Source of the DNA: Gemmatimonadales bacterium
GTDB lineage: Bacteria; Gemmatimonadota; Gemmatimonadetes; Gemmatimonadales; GWC2-71-9
Reading direction: 5' to 3'
NCBI GenBank assembly: GCA_037189525.1
Contig: JBBCJC010000001.1
Coordinates: 192,001 to 256,000 of the forward strand
Length of the DNA: 64,000 nucleotides
This document shows positions 18,918 through 29,185 of the stretch, one piece after another (position 1 is the first letter of the stretch; every line of letters starts with the position of its first letter). A program made the position numbers and the translations under genes. Under the pieces are notes generated by a model. The model did not search any database and had not been told where the DNA came from. It saw nothing but the letters and a program-made list of their open reading frames with translations.

Positions 18918-21344
18918 ATGACCAATCGGATTACAGGCGGATCGGACCCGGGCCGCGCCCTCCAGCCAGGTGTGAACTCGGCGTTGGGGTCGTACGACCC
19001 CAACATGGCGTACCCCGAACCGCCCGAGGACGACGAAGCCGAAGGCGGTCTCGATATCGGGCGGATGATCGCCGCGATTTTCCGCTACAAGTGGCTCGTC
19101 CTCGGTATCCTGGCGGTCGGCACGGCGGCGAGCCTCTTTGCCACCCGATTCATCAAGCCGACCTATTCGGCATCCGCCACCGTCTATGTCACCCAGGGCA
19201 GCCATACCGGCAGCGGCCCGATCCGGACCGACGGAATCATCCGTGACAACTCCTGGCCCCAGTTGGTCCGCAGCTTCGCGGTGATCGACCCGGTGGTCCG
19301 TGCATATCGGTTGTACCTCTGGCATCCGCCGACCGACAGCCTGCCGTTCCGCGGCTTCGACCTGGCAACGCGGTTCCAACCCGGCGATTACCGGCTCCAG
19401 ATCGATGCGACCGGACAACGCTACACGCTGCTGCGCGGCAAGAGTATTTCCGTCGAGAGCGGCGCCGTGGGCGATTCCATCGGCCGGACGGTCGGGTTCC
19501 AGTGGGCGCCACCCGCCGGGACATTCGCGCCGGGCATAGAGATTCCTTTCAGCGTCTCGGTACCACGCGACGTCTCGGCCGGCCTGGCAAGCTCGCTTCA
19601 GATCCGGGTTGCGCAGCAGAGCGCGCTGATGGTCATCGGGCTACAGGATTCCGACGCCGAGCGGGCTGCGCAAACCGTCAACGCCATCGTCGACCAGTTC
19701 CTCCTGGTCGCCGACGGGCTCAAACGGGATCAGTTGGCCAACGTCACGAAGGACCTCACCGAGCAGATCCGCATCGCGGATTCGTCGATGCGAACGGCGG
19801 AAACAGAACTGGAATCGTTCCGCGTCCGGACCATTACACAGCCGCGGATAGAGCAACAGGCGCCCGTCGCTGCCGGCCTGCAGCAGACCCAGCCGGTGGT
19901 GGCCAGTAACTTCATGGCCAAGCAGCTCGAACTGAGCAACCTCGAGAAAGACCGCATTGCGATCGAGCAGTTGGTCCGGCAGGGGCGCGAAACCGGCTCG
20001 GTGCCTGTCGATGCCTATCATACGATTCCGGCCATCCGCACCGCCCCGGATCTGGTGACCGTGCTGGGCGAAGTATCCCGGACCGAAGCCGAACTGCGTA
20101 GCTTACGCAATCGCTACACCGACGAATACGGCGGCATCAAGAAGCTGGTGGCCGACTTGGGCGAGCTGACCACCCGGACCGTGCCGCTCTACGCCGAGCG
20201 CCTGATCAGCCAGCTGCGCAGTCAGGAAACGACGCTCCGCGCCGAAATCGAGCGCGACGCCCGGGAAATGCGCGAGATTCCGATTCGAGCCCACACCGAG
20301 GACCGCCTGTCGCGTGACGCCCAGTCGGCCGTGGGGCTGCGCCAGAATCTCCAAAACCGGCTGCAGGAAGCACGGCTGGCGGAGTTGACCGCCACGCCGG
20401 ACGTCCGCATCCTCGATCGGGCCGAGGTGTCGAGCTATCCGTCGTCCAACACCGCTCCACGGATCGTGCTCTTCGGCGTGGCAGCGAGTCTGGGCCTGGC
20501 GCTCGCCCTCGCCATCCTACTCGATCGGATCGACAAACGGTTCCGCTATCCGGACCAGGTCTCCCAGGGACTGGGCCTCGCGATTCTCGGCGCGGTGCCG
20601 GTCATTCGCCGCAGCCGCGGGGCGGTCCTCTCCGATATGGAGACGGCGCCGATCGTGGAAGCCTTCCGCTCGATCCGCATGAACCTGGCACACTCGTATC
20701 GCGACGGCGAACCCATCACGCTGACCATCACCAGTCCGATGGCCGGCGACGGCAAGTCGCTCATCTCGTCGAATCTCGCCATGTCGTTCGCCGAGGCGGG
20801 GTATCAGACCGTCCTGATCGACGGCGACACGCGCCGGGGTGAACTGTATCGGGTCTTTGGCGGCGAACGCCGGCCCGGCCTGCTCGACCACCTCGACGGC
20901 GAGGCAACCCTCGAACAGATCTGCCGACAGACGGCGGCGCATCCGAAACTGACGCTGATTCCCTGTGGAACCCGCATTTCGCGTGGCCCCGAACTGCTCG
21001 GCTCGGCGGCAATGACCGACCTGGTCAACACGCTGCGCTCCCAGTACCAGGTCGTCCTGATCGACAGCCCGCCGCTCGGCGCCGGCATCGATCCATTCGT
21101 ATTGAGTACGGTCACCGGCAATGTGGTGATCGTCCTGCGCGCCGGCGAGACCGACCGCGAACTGGCCGAGGCGAAGATTCAGCTGATGGATCGACTGCCG
21201 ACGCGGGTTCTGGGCGCCGTGCTCAATCACATCGATATCGGCAAGGGCTCGTACAAGTACTACGCCTACGAATATCCGACACGAGGCGAGAGCGAAGACA
21301 CCCGGCCGGCGGCCGACAAGCCGATCGCGCTGCCGCGATCCTGA
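18918..21344 (+). CDS. wzc: Polysaccharide co-polymerase / tyrosine autokinase
   Basis: Two TM segments flanking a coiled-coil periplasmic region; Walker A GDGKS, A' LIDGD, B LIDSPP; Tyr cluster SYKYYAYEY. Confidence 0.95.
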   Translation: MTNRITGGSDPGRALQPGVNSALGSYDPNMAYPEPPEDDEAEGGLDIGRMIAAIFRYKWLVLGILAVGTAASLFATRFIKPTYSASATVYVTQGSHTGSGPIRTDGIIRDNSWPQLVRSFAVIDPVVRAYRLYLWHPPTDSLPFRGFDLATRFQPGDYRLQIDATGQRYTLLRGKSISVESGAVGDSIGRTVGFQWAPPAGTFAPGIEIPFSVSVPRDVSAGLASSLQIRVAQQSALMVIGLQDSDAERAAQTVNAIVDQFLLVADGLKRDQLANVTKDLTEQIRIADSSMRTAETELESFRVRTITQPRIEQQAPVAAGLQQTQPVVASNFMAKQLELSNLEKDRIAIEQLVRQGRETGSVPVDAYHTIPAIRTAPDLVTVLGEVSRTEAELRSLRNRYTDEYGGIKKLVADLGELTTRTVPLYAERLISQLRSQETTLRAEIERDAREMREIPIRAHTEDRLSRDAQSAVGLRQNLQNRLQEARLAELTATPDVRILDRAEVSSYPSSNTAPRIVLFGVAASLGLALALAILLDRIDKRFRYPDQVSQGLGLAILGAVPVIRRSRGAVLSDMETAPIVEAFRSIRMNLAHSYRDGEPITLTITSPMAGDGKSLISSNLAMSFAEAGYQTVLIDGDTRRGELYRVFGGERRPGLLDHLDGEATLEQICRQTAAHPKLTLIPCGTRISRGPELLGSAAMTDLVNTLRSQYQVVLIDSPPLGAGIDPFVLSTVTGNVVIVLRAGETDRELAEAKIQLMDRLPTRVLGAVLNHIDIGKGSYKYYAYEYPTRGESEDTRPAADKPIALPRS

Positions 21345-21345
21345 C

Positions 21346-21392
21346 GAAACAGCGCTCGGCGCGCAATACGCGCCGAGCGCTGTTTCACTTTT
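21346..21392. terminator. Intrinsic terminator hairpin between convergent genes
   Basis: Perfect 18-bp stem GAAACAGCGCTCGGCGCG / CGCGCCGAGCGCTGTTTC with a 5-nt loop, followed by ACTTTT. Confidence 0.85.
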
Positions 21393-21421
21393 CCGGTCTC
21401 ATTCCGCCCCGATGGCGGGAG

Positions 21422-22273
21422 TTACGAGGCCGATGCGAGCCCATCCCAATCGAAGCGGGTGTCCGCCCCGGACGCGGGTACGTCGGTCGCACAGAAGGTC
21501 AGATCGGGCCGACCCACGGCCTGGCCCAGCCCGGCGCGCGCCGCCAGTTCATTGACGCGATCGACGAGCTGCTGACCAAGCACCTCGCCCGCTCCCACGG
21601 CGACGACGGCAAACTGCAGTGGACCCAACCGGCCGATCGCGTCCGAGGACCGTCCGGTCCGGCGCAGTACCTCACCCAGTTGCCGGGCAAGGCCGTCGGC
21701 GGCGGGCGGCAGATGCTCGACCGGCTCGCGCGGCCGCAACAGGACCGCGCTGACCCGCTCCTTCCGGCGGGCGGCATCGGCGCAGAGTTCGCCGCTTCGC
21801 CGAATCAGGCCGCGCCGGTTGTAGAGTCCCGACGCCTCGTCGACCAGCCCCTCATCACGCGAGGCGTCCGAGGCCGTCTTGGCTTCGAGAAAGAGCTGCA
21901 GCTTGACGAGGAGCGCTTCGGGGTCGAGCGGATAGCCGAAAAACTCCCACGCGCCCGCGCGATAGGCCGCAAAGCGCTGCTGCCGACCTGACGGGCCGGC
22001 CGTGGTGATGAACACGGGCGTCGACCGGCTCCAGTCGGGCCAGGATCGGAGCGTCTGACACACGGTGAGGCCGTCGAAATCCGGCATTTGCATGTCGAGG
22101 ATCACCGCGTCAGGTTTGCTCGAAGCCGCCCGATCGAGGGCCTGCCGTCCGGTATACGCCCGGACGACACGATAGCCTTGACCGGCCAGGATGGATTCGA
22201 GAGACCGCGCGGCCCATTCCTGATCGTTGGCGACGAGAACGGTCAGCTGCGACATCGGGACATTCTCATCCAT
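21422..22273 (-). CDS. Response regulator with a degenerate GGDEF domain
   Basis: REC (VILDMQMPDFDG) followed by DEASGLYNRRG and GRLGPLQF in place of GGDEF. Confidence 0.85.
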   Translation of the reverse strand: MDENVPMSQLTVLVANDQEWAARSLESILAGQGYRVVRAYTGRQALDRAASSKPDAVILDMQMPDFDGLTVCQTLRSWPDWSRSTPVFITTAGPSGRQQRFAAYRAGAWEFFGYPLDPEALLVKLQLFLEAKTASDASRDEGLVDEASGLYNRRGLIRRSGELCADAARRKERVSAVLLRPREPVEHLPPAADGLARQLGEVLRRTGRSSDAIGRLGPLQFAVVAVGAGEVLGQQLVDRVNELAARAGLGQAVGRPDLTFCATDVPASGADTRFDWDGLASAS

Positions 22274-22656
22274 TGCTGACCAGGACCGAGTAGAAACTGG
22301 CAAAAAGTGTGGTTTGTGAGCGGTAGCACCGATGAATCCGTGCAACAGGTCCCTTTCGTGGCGTTCCCGTTGCCGAAGCGGGACTCCGCTCGACGGAAAT
22401 ATCGTATATCTTTGATTGACAACGATTTATCGTCATGAAACCTCAACCTGGCCCACACGAGACTGCCAAAGACGGAATCGATTTCATGCAAGGTTCTGGC
22501 CGATGCCGCATCTGCAACCGGTCCAGGACGCGAAATCGTGCAAGAAATTGCACTATTCACCCACTCACAGGGGGCATCGGGGACCGTGCCATTCTTAGCA
22601 CGAGTCCTGCGGTGGGAAGCAGAATGAGGCGATCCTGGAAAAGAAAGACGGCAATC

Positions 22657-23463
22657 ATGGTGCGTGTGTTCAGCGGGTGGCGTGGAATGGCAGTCGTAAT
22701 GCTCAGCCTGGTACTCGGGGCGTCCGAGCTTCGGGCCCAGGACGCCGTTGTCGACATCCGCCGCGCGCAGGCCACCCGCCAGGAACTCGAGGCCGCGCTG
22801 GCGCAGCTCAAGGAGATCAGTAATTCCCCGGGCTACAGCAGCACGTTGCGCCGGGCCAAGGAGGCCGAGGCTGCCCTGGTACAGCAGCGCCTGACCGATG
22901 GGGACTTCCAGGTAGGCGATCAGATCGAGGTGGCCGTCGTCGGCGATACCGGCCTGACTGGCACCTTTACGATTCTGCCGGGCCGCACGGTGGCTTTCCC
23001 GAACCTGCCGCCCATTTCGCTCCAGGGCATCCTCCGCTCGGAGAGTTCCGAGTATCTGACGCGGGAAATCGGCAAGTACGTCAAGAATCCGCAGGTCTTG
23101 ATTCAGGCGTCGTACATCCGGCTCGCCGTCCTCGGCGCGGTCGTGCGGCCCGGATATTACAACCTGCAGGCCGACCGGCTGGTCAGCGACGCCATCATGG
23201 CCGCCGGAGGACCGACCGGTGGCGCCGACGTGGGCAAGACGATCGTGCGCCGCGGCAATCGGGAGGTCATCTCTCGCGATCAGCTGCAGCTCGCGGTGTC
23301 GAGCGGCCAGTCGCTCGACCATCTGAATCTGAACGGTGGCGACGAACTGGTGGTCGGCGGGTCGGTCGACGCCGCATTACCGCCCGGCTCGAGCATGATG
23401 CGATGGTTACTCCCGGCGCAGCTGCTGCTGGGTCTCCTGGTCTTAGGCGTACAGATTCTCTAA
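22657..23463 (+). CDS. Polysaccharide export protein (OPX/Wza-like, SLBB domain)
   Basis: Signal peptide, FQVGDQIEV, VLGAVVRPGYY, AIMAAGG and a hydrophobic C-terminal helix; no lipobox Cys. Confidence 0.85.
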   Translation: MVRVFSGWRGMAVVMLSLVLGASELRAQDAVVDIRRAQATRQELEAALAQLKEISNSPGYSSTLRRAKEAEAALVQQRLTDGDFQVGDQIEVAVVGDTGLTGTFTILPGRTVAFPNLPPISLQGILRSESSEYLTREIGKYVKNPQVLIQASYIRLAVLGAVVRPGYYNLQADRLVSDAIMAAGGPTGGADVGKTIVRRGNREVISRDQLQLAVSSGQSLDHLNLNGGDELVVGGSVDAALPPGSSMMRWLLPAQLLLGLLVLGVQIL

Positions 23464-24233
23464 TGGAATCAGCGCCAGGCACCTCCAGTATCGCGGTCAA
23501 CCCGCGGACTCGGCAGCCGCAGGCAGGTCGCCGAACCATTTCGGAGGAAGGCCGTCTTTCGCAGCAGGCAAAGATGGTGGCTCCCCCGCCCGAGGGCGCC
23601 CGGCGCTGGCTCAATGTGGCCGTGGCGATCGTGCTGCTGATCATTGCGATGCCCGTGATGATCATCATCGCCGTGCTCACCAAGTTGACGTCCAAGGGGC
23701 CGATCCTCTATCGGCAGACCCGGATCGGCATGGATCATCGGCTGCCCGGCGAGGTGCCGCTCCGGATCAGCCGGCAGCGCGTCTGCGACTTGGGCGGGCG
23801 GCCCTTCGTGATCTATAAGTTCCGGACCATGCGAGTCGACGCCGAAAGCGGTACAGGCGCGGTCTGGGCCAAAGAGAAGGATCCGCGGGTCACCTGGATC
23901 GGCGGCCTGCTCCGTCAGACCCGGCTCGACGAGCTGCCCCAGCTGTTCAACGTGCTCAAGGGCGACATGAACGTGGTCGGTCCGCGGCCGGAACGCCCCA
24001 GCATCTTCCTGCGCCTCGCCGATGAACTGGAAGACTATCAGCTGCGCCAGCGGGCGCGGCCGGGCATCACGGGGCTCGCACAAGTCAGTCAGCAGTACGA
24101 TCGCAACATGGACGACGTCGCGCGCAAGCTGCAGTTCGATCTCGAATATGTGCGCACCCAGAGCCTGCGCACCGACCTCGCCATCATGCTCAAGACCATT
24201 CCAGTGGTCCTGTTCCGTAAGGGCGGCTGGTGA
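23463..24233 (+). CDS. Priming phosphoglycosyltransferase (bacterial sugar transferase)
   Basis: YKFRTM, DPRVT, RLDELPQLFNVLKGDM.VVGPRPE and PGITGLAQV. Confidence 0.95.
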   Translation: MESAPGTSSIAVNPRTRQPQAGRRTISEEGRLSQQAKMVAPPPEGARRWLNVAVAIVLLIIAMPVMIIIAVLTKLTSKGPILYRQTRIGMDHRLPGEVPLRISRQRVCDLGGRPFVIYKFRTMRVDAESGTGAVWAKEKDPRVTWIGGLLRQTRLDELPQLFNVLKGDMNVVGPRPERPSIFLRLADELEDYQLRQRARPGITGLAQVSQQYDRNMDDVARKLQFDLEYVRTQSLRTDLAIMLKTIPVVLFRKGGW

Positions 24234-25114
24234 CGAGCGTCACCGCCCCGAGTGCAAGCCCGGGCTCCAGGTCTACCCTCTCCGGCAACTGGTTTCCCTA
24301 CGCTGTCGGCATCACCGCGTTTGCGGTGCTGTTCGCCGAGCCGTTTCAGCTCCTGCTGCGCGACTGGTGGAACGATCCGGAAGCGGGGCACGGACTGCTG
24401 CTCGGCCCGGTCGCGGTGTGGTTGGCCTGGCGGAGCCGTTCGGGCGTCGATCTGGCGCCGGCACGCGGGTTTGGCATCGCAATCCTGGTCGGCGCCGTCG
24501 CACTTCGATATCTGTCGAGCCTGGCCGCCGAGCTGTTCACGATGCGGATGTCGATGGTCTTTGCGCTTGCCGGGCTGGTCGTCTACTTCGGCGGCTGGGC
24601 ACGGCTCAAAGCCTGGTGGCTTCCGTTTACGTTGCTGGTCCTGTCGATTCCGTTGCCCGCGGTCCTGGTAGGCAGCATTGCGCTGCCGTTGCAATTCCAG
24701 GCCTCCCAAATCGGCGCGGCCCTGCTGGAGATGCGCTCGATCCCCGTCCGGCTCGACGGTAACCTGATCCTGTTGCCGGGGCACCGCCTGTTCGTGACCG
24801 AAGCCTGCAGCGGGTTGCGATCGCTGACGGCGCTGCTCAGCCTTGGCGTCCTGGCCGGCGGCCTGTGGCTCCGCTATCCGGTGTCGCGCGCGGCCCTCGT
24901 CATGAGCGCCATTCCGGTGGCCGTGCTGCTCAACGGTGTGCGGGTTTTCCTGACGGGATTCCTGGTCTTCATGGTCGACCCTGCGCTGGGTGAAGGCTTC
25001 ATGCACATGACCGAGGGCTGGGCCATGTTCGTGATCGCCTTCGGCATCCTGGGCGGCTTTGCCTGGGCCATCTCGTCGATCGAAGCGCGTTTTGCGCAGC
25101 GAGGGACGCGATGA
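24230..25114 (+). CDS. Exosortase (EpsH family transmembrane transpeptidase)
   Basis: Multi-TM protein with the Cys-Arg-His triad: VTEACSGLRS, LNGVRV, FMHMTEG; adjacent to EpsI. Confidence 0.95.
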   Translation: MTSVTAPSASPGSRSTLSGNWFPYAVGITAFAVLFAEPFQLLLRDWWNDPEAGHGLLLGPVAVWLAWRSRSGVDLAPARGFGIAILVGAVALRYLSSLAAELFTMRMSMVFALAGLVVYFGGWARLKAWWLPFTLLVLSIPLPAVLVGSIALPLQFQASQIGAALLEMRSIPVRLDGNLILLPGHRLFVTEACSGLRSLTALLSLGVLAGGLWLRYPVSRAALVMSAIPVAVLLNGVRVFLTGFLVFMVDPALGEGFMHMTEGWAMFVIAFGILGGFAWAISSIEARFAQRGTR

Positions 25115-25755
25115 CGATGACGGTACGCGCCGCCTGGATTCCGACAGCCATTCTGATCGTCGGGTGCCTGCTCAACGGATCGACCCGGATGCAGCGAACC
25201 ATGCCGCTGGTCGAACCGCTGACCGCCTTTCCCAACCGGATCGACGACTTCGAGGGCAGCGACATCACGATGACCGACGACGAAGTGCGCGTCGCCGGTG
25301 TCACGGACTATCTCTTCCGCCTCTATCGCGCGCCCGACCGGCCCGATTTCTCCGTCTACGTGGGCTACTACGCTAGCCAGGCGCGGGGCAAGACCATCCA
25401 TTCGCCGAAGAACTGCCTCCCCGGTGCCGGCTGGGAAGCGCTGGCATCGGAACCGATGGAGATCCCACACGCCGGCGGCGATCCCGTGCGCGTCAACCGG
25501 TTCATGGTGGCCAACAAAGATCAGAAGGCGCTGGTCTACTACTGGTATCAGGGGCGCGGCCGCACCGAGTCCAACGAGTACCGCGTCAAGCTCGATCTGA
25601 TGCTGGACGCCGCCGTGACGCGCCGGACGGAAGAAGCGCTGGTGCGCATCGTTCTGCCGCTCGACGGCCGGCTCGAGGAAGCGAACGCCGATGCTATGGC
25701 CGCCGATCTGATCCGCCGGATCAGCACCGAACTCAAGCGGAACCTCCCGGCGTAA
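25111..25755 (+). CDS. epsI: Exosortase-associated EpsI family protein
   Basis: VYVGYY.SQ, IHSPKNCLPGAGW, VYYWYQGRGR and ALVRI motifs. Confidence 0.93.
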   Translation: MTMTVRAAWIPTAILIVGCLLNGSTRMQRTMPLVEPLTAFPNRIDDFEGSDITMTDDEVRVAGVTDYLFRLYRAPDRPDFSVYVGYYASQARGKTIHSPKNCLPGAGWEALASEPMEIPHAGGDPVRVNRFMVANKDQKALVYYWYQGRGRTESNEYRVKLDLMLDAAVTRRTEEALVRIVLPLDGRLEEANADAMAADLIRRISTELKRNLPA

Positions 25756-26923
25756 CCGGGTCCGGTCGACGGGTCGGCTCCCAGACCGGATTGAGTTCGC
25801 CCCGCAACGCACCGATCCACGCCTTCACGCCCGCAACCTGCGAACTCACCGCAAACGCCGCAGTGGTCAGCAGTTTGGGCGCCGCGGACCCGGCAGGCCA
25901 GAAGTATCCGGCCGCGCCCGCCCCAAGCCCCAGCAGACCGGCCACCGCCAGGATCCATCCCCACGAAGTCGTCACGGTGAGCATCGCCACCCCGATCACA
26001 GCCAGCGGCAGCGCCGGGAACACCAGCCAGCGCAACAGCTTGTGCGCAAAGAGAAAGAACGCGAATCGGCCGTAACGAATCGGATCGAGCAAGCGGCGCT
26101 TGTACCAGAGCGTTTCGAGGCCGCGCGTCATGGTCCGCACCTTCCGGCGATACTCGGCGCGCAGCGAGCGGGTCCGCGCGACGTAGCAGACGGCGTCTTC
26201 CACCGACACGGACCTGAATCCGTGCTCACGCGCAATCAGCGGCGACGCGAAATCGCGGCTCAGCGCCTCCGGGAAGATCGAATCGAACAGCGACCGGCGA
26301 ATGGCAAAGAAGCAGCCGCTGGCGCCGACGATGGTACCGCAGTCGGTCTCGAGCCGGCGCACCCACATCTCGTAGCCCACGTAGCGGGACTCACCCTGGC
26401 TCTGCTCCTGCTCCCGGTCGCCGACGCTGACGTCCCGGCCCGAGGCCACCCCGACGGTCGGGTCGCGGAAGGCCGCGATGAGATGCCGAAGCGCACCCGG
26501 CGGGACGACGACCGTCGCGTCCATGTTGACGACGATATCCCCGACCAGGTGGCGGCCGGCTTCGTTTTCCGCGGCCGTTTTGCCGCTCCGCCTGGGCAGG
26601 CGCACCAGCGTGACGCCCCGATCGGCGTACCCCTGCGCGATCGCATCGGTCCCATCGGTCGAGGCATCCGAAATCACCAGGACGTGCCGGCGCTCGGCGG
26701 GATAGTCCGTGGCGAGGATTCGGTCGAGCGTCGACGCGATGGCCCCGGCTTCGTTGTAGACCGGCACCACGATCGTGACAATGGGCCATTCCTCGAAGGG
26801 CGGCAACGGCGAAGGGCTTTTGCGAAGCTTCCGCCAGAGCCACAGGACGGCCGGGTAGCCGACATAGGCCGCGCCGAGGATGGCGGGCGGCAGCAAGACC
26901 AACACGACTCCGAGAAGTATCAC
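25733..26923 (-). CDS. Glycosyltransferase family 2, membrane-associated
   Basis: VPVYNE, DASTDGT, GKTAAEN and RRKVRT, with C-terminal TM helices. Confidence 0.92.
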   Translation of the reverse strand: MILLGVVLVLLPPAILGAAYVGYPAVLWLWRKLRKSPSPLPPFEEWPIVTIVVPVYNEAGAIASTLDRILATDYPAERRHVLVISDASTDGTDAIAQGYADRGVTLVRLPRRSGKTAAENEAGRHLVGDIVVNMDATVVVPPGALRHLIAAFRDPTVGVASGRDVSVGDREQEQSQGESRYVGYEMWVRRLETDCGTIVGASGCFFAIRRSLFDSIFPEALSRDFASPLIAREHGFRSVSVEDAVCYVARTRSLRAEYRRKVRTMTRGLETLWYKRRLLDPIRYGRFAFFLFAHKLLRWLVFPALPLAVIGVAMLTVTTSWGWILAVAGLLGLGAGAAGYFWPAGSAAPKLLTTAAFAVSSQVAGVKAWIGALRGELNPVWEPTRRPDPVTPGGSA

Positions 26924-26930
26924 GAGCGTC

Positions 26931-28049
26931 TCACCGATCGGGCGTCAGGCTGCGGTACAGCCGTTCATAGTGATCGAGCCAGGTCGCGTAGCCGAAGTGG
27001 GTATCGAGCCGCCGGCTGGCCAGCGTTGCCCGGCGGGCGACGGCGCCGCGGTCGGTCCGCACCTGGTCGATGGCGCGCGCCACGGCCTCCGTATCCCCCG
27101 GCGGCACCACGGCGCCTTCTTCCTCACCAAGCAGATCGGCAACCCCGCCGACGCGGGTGGCGACCACCGGCACCCCCGCCGCCATCGCCTCGAGCACGAC
27201 CATCGGTGTCCCCTCGGTGCGGGACGTGAGCGCCACCACATCGAACGCGCGCAGCAGCAGGCCCGCCGACGTCTGCGCACCGTGCCACGTCACGCGCCCC
27301 GGCGCCACGGTCTCGGCCGTCGCCACCAGCGCATCGACCATCGGACCGGTCCCCACGACCGAAGCACGCCACGGCTCCGGCAGGCGCGCCACCGCATCGA
27401 CGAACTGATCCGGCCCCTTCTCGTACGACAGGCGACCGACCCAGCCAACGATCAGCCTGTCGTCCGGCAGACCGAGCACGGCGCGCGCCGCGGCGCGATC
27501 GAGCGGCGTCTGCGTCCCTGGTCGCGCATTGCGAATCAGTGTCATTCGCCGGCTGGGCACACCGGCCCCTTCGAGCAGCGTCTGAAGCGGCGCGGATACC
27601 GGCACCACGGCATCGGCGTACCGCAGCACCCGCCGATCGAACCAGTCGTACGCTCGGCCCTTGAGGCTCCCGCCCGTATACCCGTGCACCGTGGCAACCA
27701 CCGGCATTCCGACTCGGCGCGCAGCGCGCCATCCGATCAGGTTGCCATGGAAGCCATGGGTATGGATGAGCGCGGGGCCGCCCGTCGCCAGCACCTGTTG
27801 CACGGCGGCGATCTCCTCCCGATAGCTGCGCGGGGGAAAGCGGATTTCCCGCAGATCCACACCCGCGTCGGGCAGGTCGACAAACGGTTCGCAGGTTCCG
27901 TCGAGCCCCAGCAGCGACACGACCTGGACCATGTGGCCGCGCTCCGCCATCCCCGCCGCCAGGCTGGCAACGACCGTCTCGAGGCCGCCGGACGGGGCCG
28001 GCGCCACGACGAAGACCACACGGAGACGGCTCGGAGCTTCGCTGTGCAC
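26931..28049 (-). CDS. Glycosyltransferase family 4 (GT-B)
   Basis: GGLE, VGRLSYEKG and SRTEGTPMVVLEAMAAGVPVVATRVGG. Confidence 0.93.
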   Translation of the reverse strand: MHSEAPSRLRVVFVVAPAPSGGLETVVASLAAGMAERGHMVQVVSLLGLDGTCEPFVDLPDAGVDLREIRFPPRSYREEIAAVQQVLATGGPALIHTHGFHGNLIGWRAARRVGMPVVATVHGYTGGSLKGRAYDWFDRRVLRYADAVVPVSAPLQTLLEGAGVPSRRMTLIRNARPGTQTPLDRAAARAVLGLPDDRLIVGWVGRLSYEKGPDQFVDAVARLPEPWRASVVGTGPMVDALVATAETVAPGRVTWHGAQTSAGLLLRAFDVVALTSRTEGTPMVVLEAMAAGVPVVATRVGGVADLLGEEEGAVVPPGDTEAVARAIDQVRTDRGAVARRATLASRRLDTHFGYATWLDHYERLYRSLTPDR

Positions 28050-28072
28050 GGCAGGCGTCTCGCCCGAACCGG

Positions 28073-29185
28073 TCAGGTGTCCCCGCCCTGGCTCTCCTTG
28101 GCCGGCGGCTTGGTCGCGGAGTCGACCGGGCGAGGCACCGGGGGCCATTTCACGACACCGACCTCAGAGAAGGCCTGGACCGTTGCCGACGGCTGTGGAT
28201 CGCCGATGGAATGGTGGAGCACCACGCCGAACACGAGCGCGATCCCGTTGAGCAGGAAGTGGAGCAGATGGAGCGGCGTCACCGCCAGCGTAAACAGCAG
28301 GCCCCGACGACGGCGAAATACGTTGAATACCGGCAAATTGAGCAGCAACACGACACCGAAGGCCGCGGCCGACAGGATACCGAACAGGGCGGTATCGGTC
28401 ACCAGCCAGAGCACGCCGAGCAGGAACCCGACCCAACTGAGCGCGGCACAGGCCTTTTCGGGAATGGCCGGTCCCAGCGTCGCATCGCCGCGCTTCATCA
28501 GCAGTCGGCTCCGCGGCACGCTGCGCTCCCGGAGATCGGTCGCAATCATCCGCGCCAGGGTCCACTGCTTGAGATGGACCGCCACCACTTCGGACCGAAA
28601 CGCGATGCGGAAGCCCCGATCCAGGAGACGGTGGCCGAGTTCCAGCGCTTCGATCTGCTCACGAGAGAAGTGCCACTCGTTGAACATCCCGACCGCGAAG
28701 AACGGCTCGCGTCGCACCGCGCCGCAGTCGGCCCAAAATCCGCCGGCTTCGCCGCGGGAACCGTTATGCAGATAATGGTCGATCAGATCCTGGTACTGCG
28801 AGACCATGCCGCGAGACGCTTCGTCGTCGAACGATCCGTGCACGGCCGCGACATCCGGGGAGTCGAGAAATGCGAGCGCCATCCGGCGCAGCGTATTGGG
28901 CCGGACGCAGACATCGTCGTCGATGAAGACGAGAATCTCGCCCCGGGACATTTCTGCCCCGCGGTTCCGGGCATATGGCGCCCCGTGCGGCTTGCCCGTC
29001 AGACGGACGATGGTATCGGCATAAGGTGCCGCAATCGCCACCGTCTCATCGGTCCCGCCATCATCGACGACGATCAGCTCCCACAAGTCGCGCGGGAGAT
29101 CGCTCGCCTCCAGGGCTTCGAGCACCCGAGACAAAGTGGTCGGGCTCTTTCCCGTCGGAATGACGACCGAGAGCTGGACGCTCAT
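28073..29185 (-). CDS. Glycosyltransferase family 2 with C-terminal TM helices
   Basis: LSVVIP, VVDDGGTD, ARNRGA and FIDDD. Confidence 0.92.
   Translation of the reverse strand: MSVQLSVVIPTGKSPTTLSRVLEALEASDLPRDLWELIVVDDGGTDETVAIAAPYADTIVRLTGKPHGAPYARNRGAEMSRGEILVFIDDDVCVRPNTLRRMALAFLDSPDVAAVHGSFDDEASRGMVSQYQDLIDHYLHNGSRGEAGGFWADCGAVRREPFFAVGMFNEWHFSREQIEALELGHRLLDRGFRIAFRSEVVAVHLKQWTLARMIATDLRERSVPRSRLLMKRGDATLGPAIPEKACAALSWVGFLLGVLWLVTDTALFGILSAAAFGVVLLLNLPVFNVFRRRRGLLFTLAVTPLHLLHFLLNGIALVFGVVLHHSIGDPQPSATVQAFSEVGVVKWPPVPRPVDSATKPPAKESQGGDT

Noticed and set aside
22537..22552. CGTGCAAGAAATTGCA as a sigma54 promoter for the OPX operon
   Set aside because: The -24 dinucleotide is GT, not GG. 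It also reads as a TGCAA-N4-TTGCA palindrome, so it was left uncalled.
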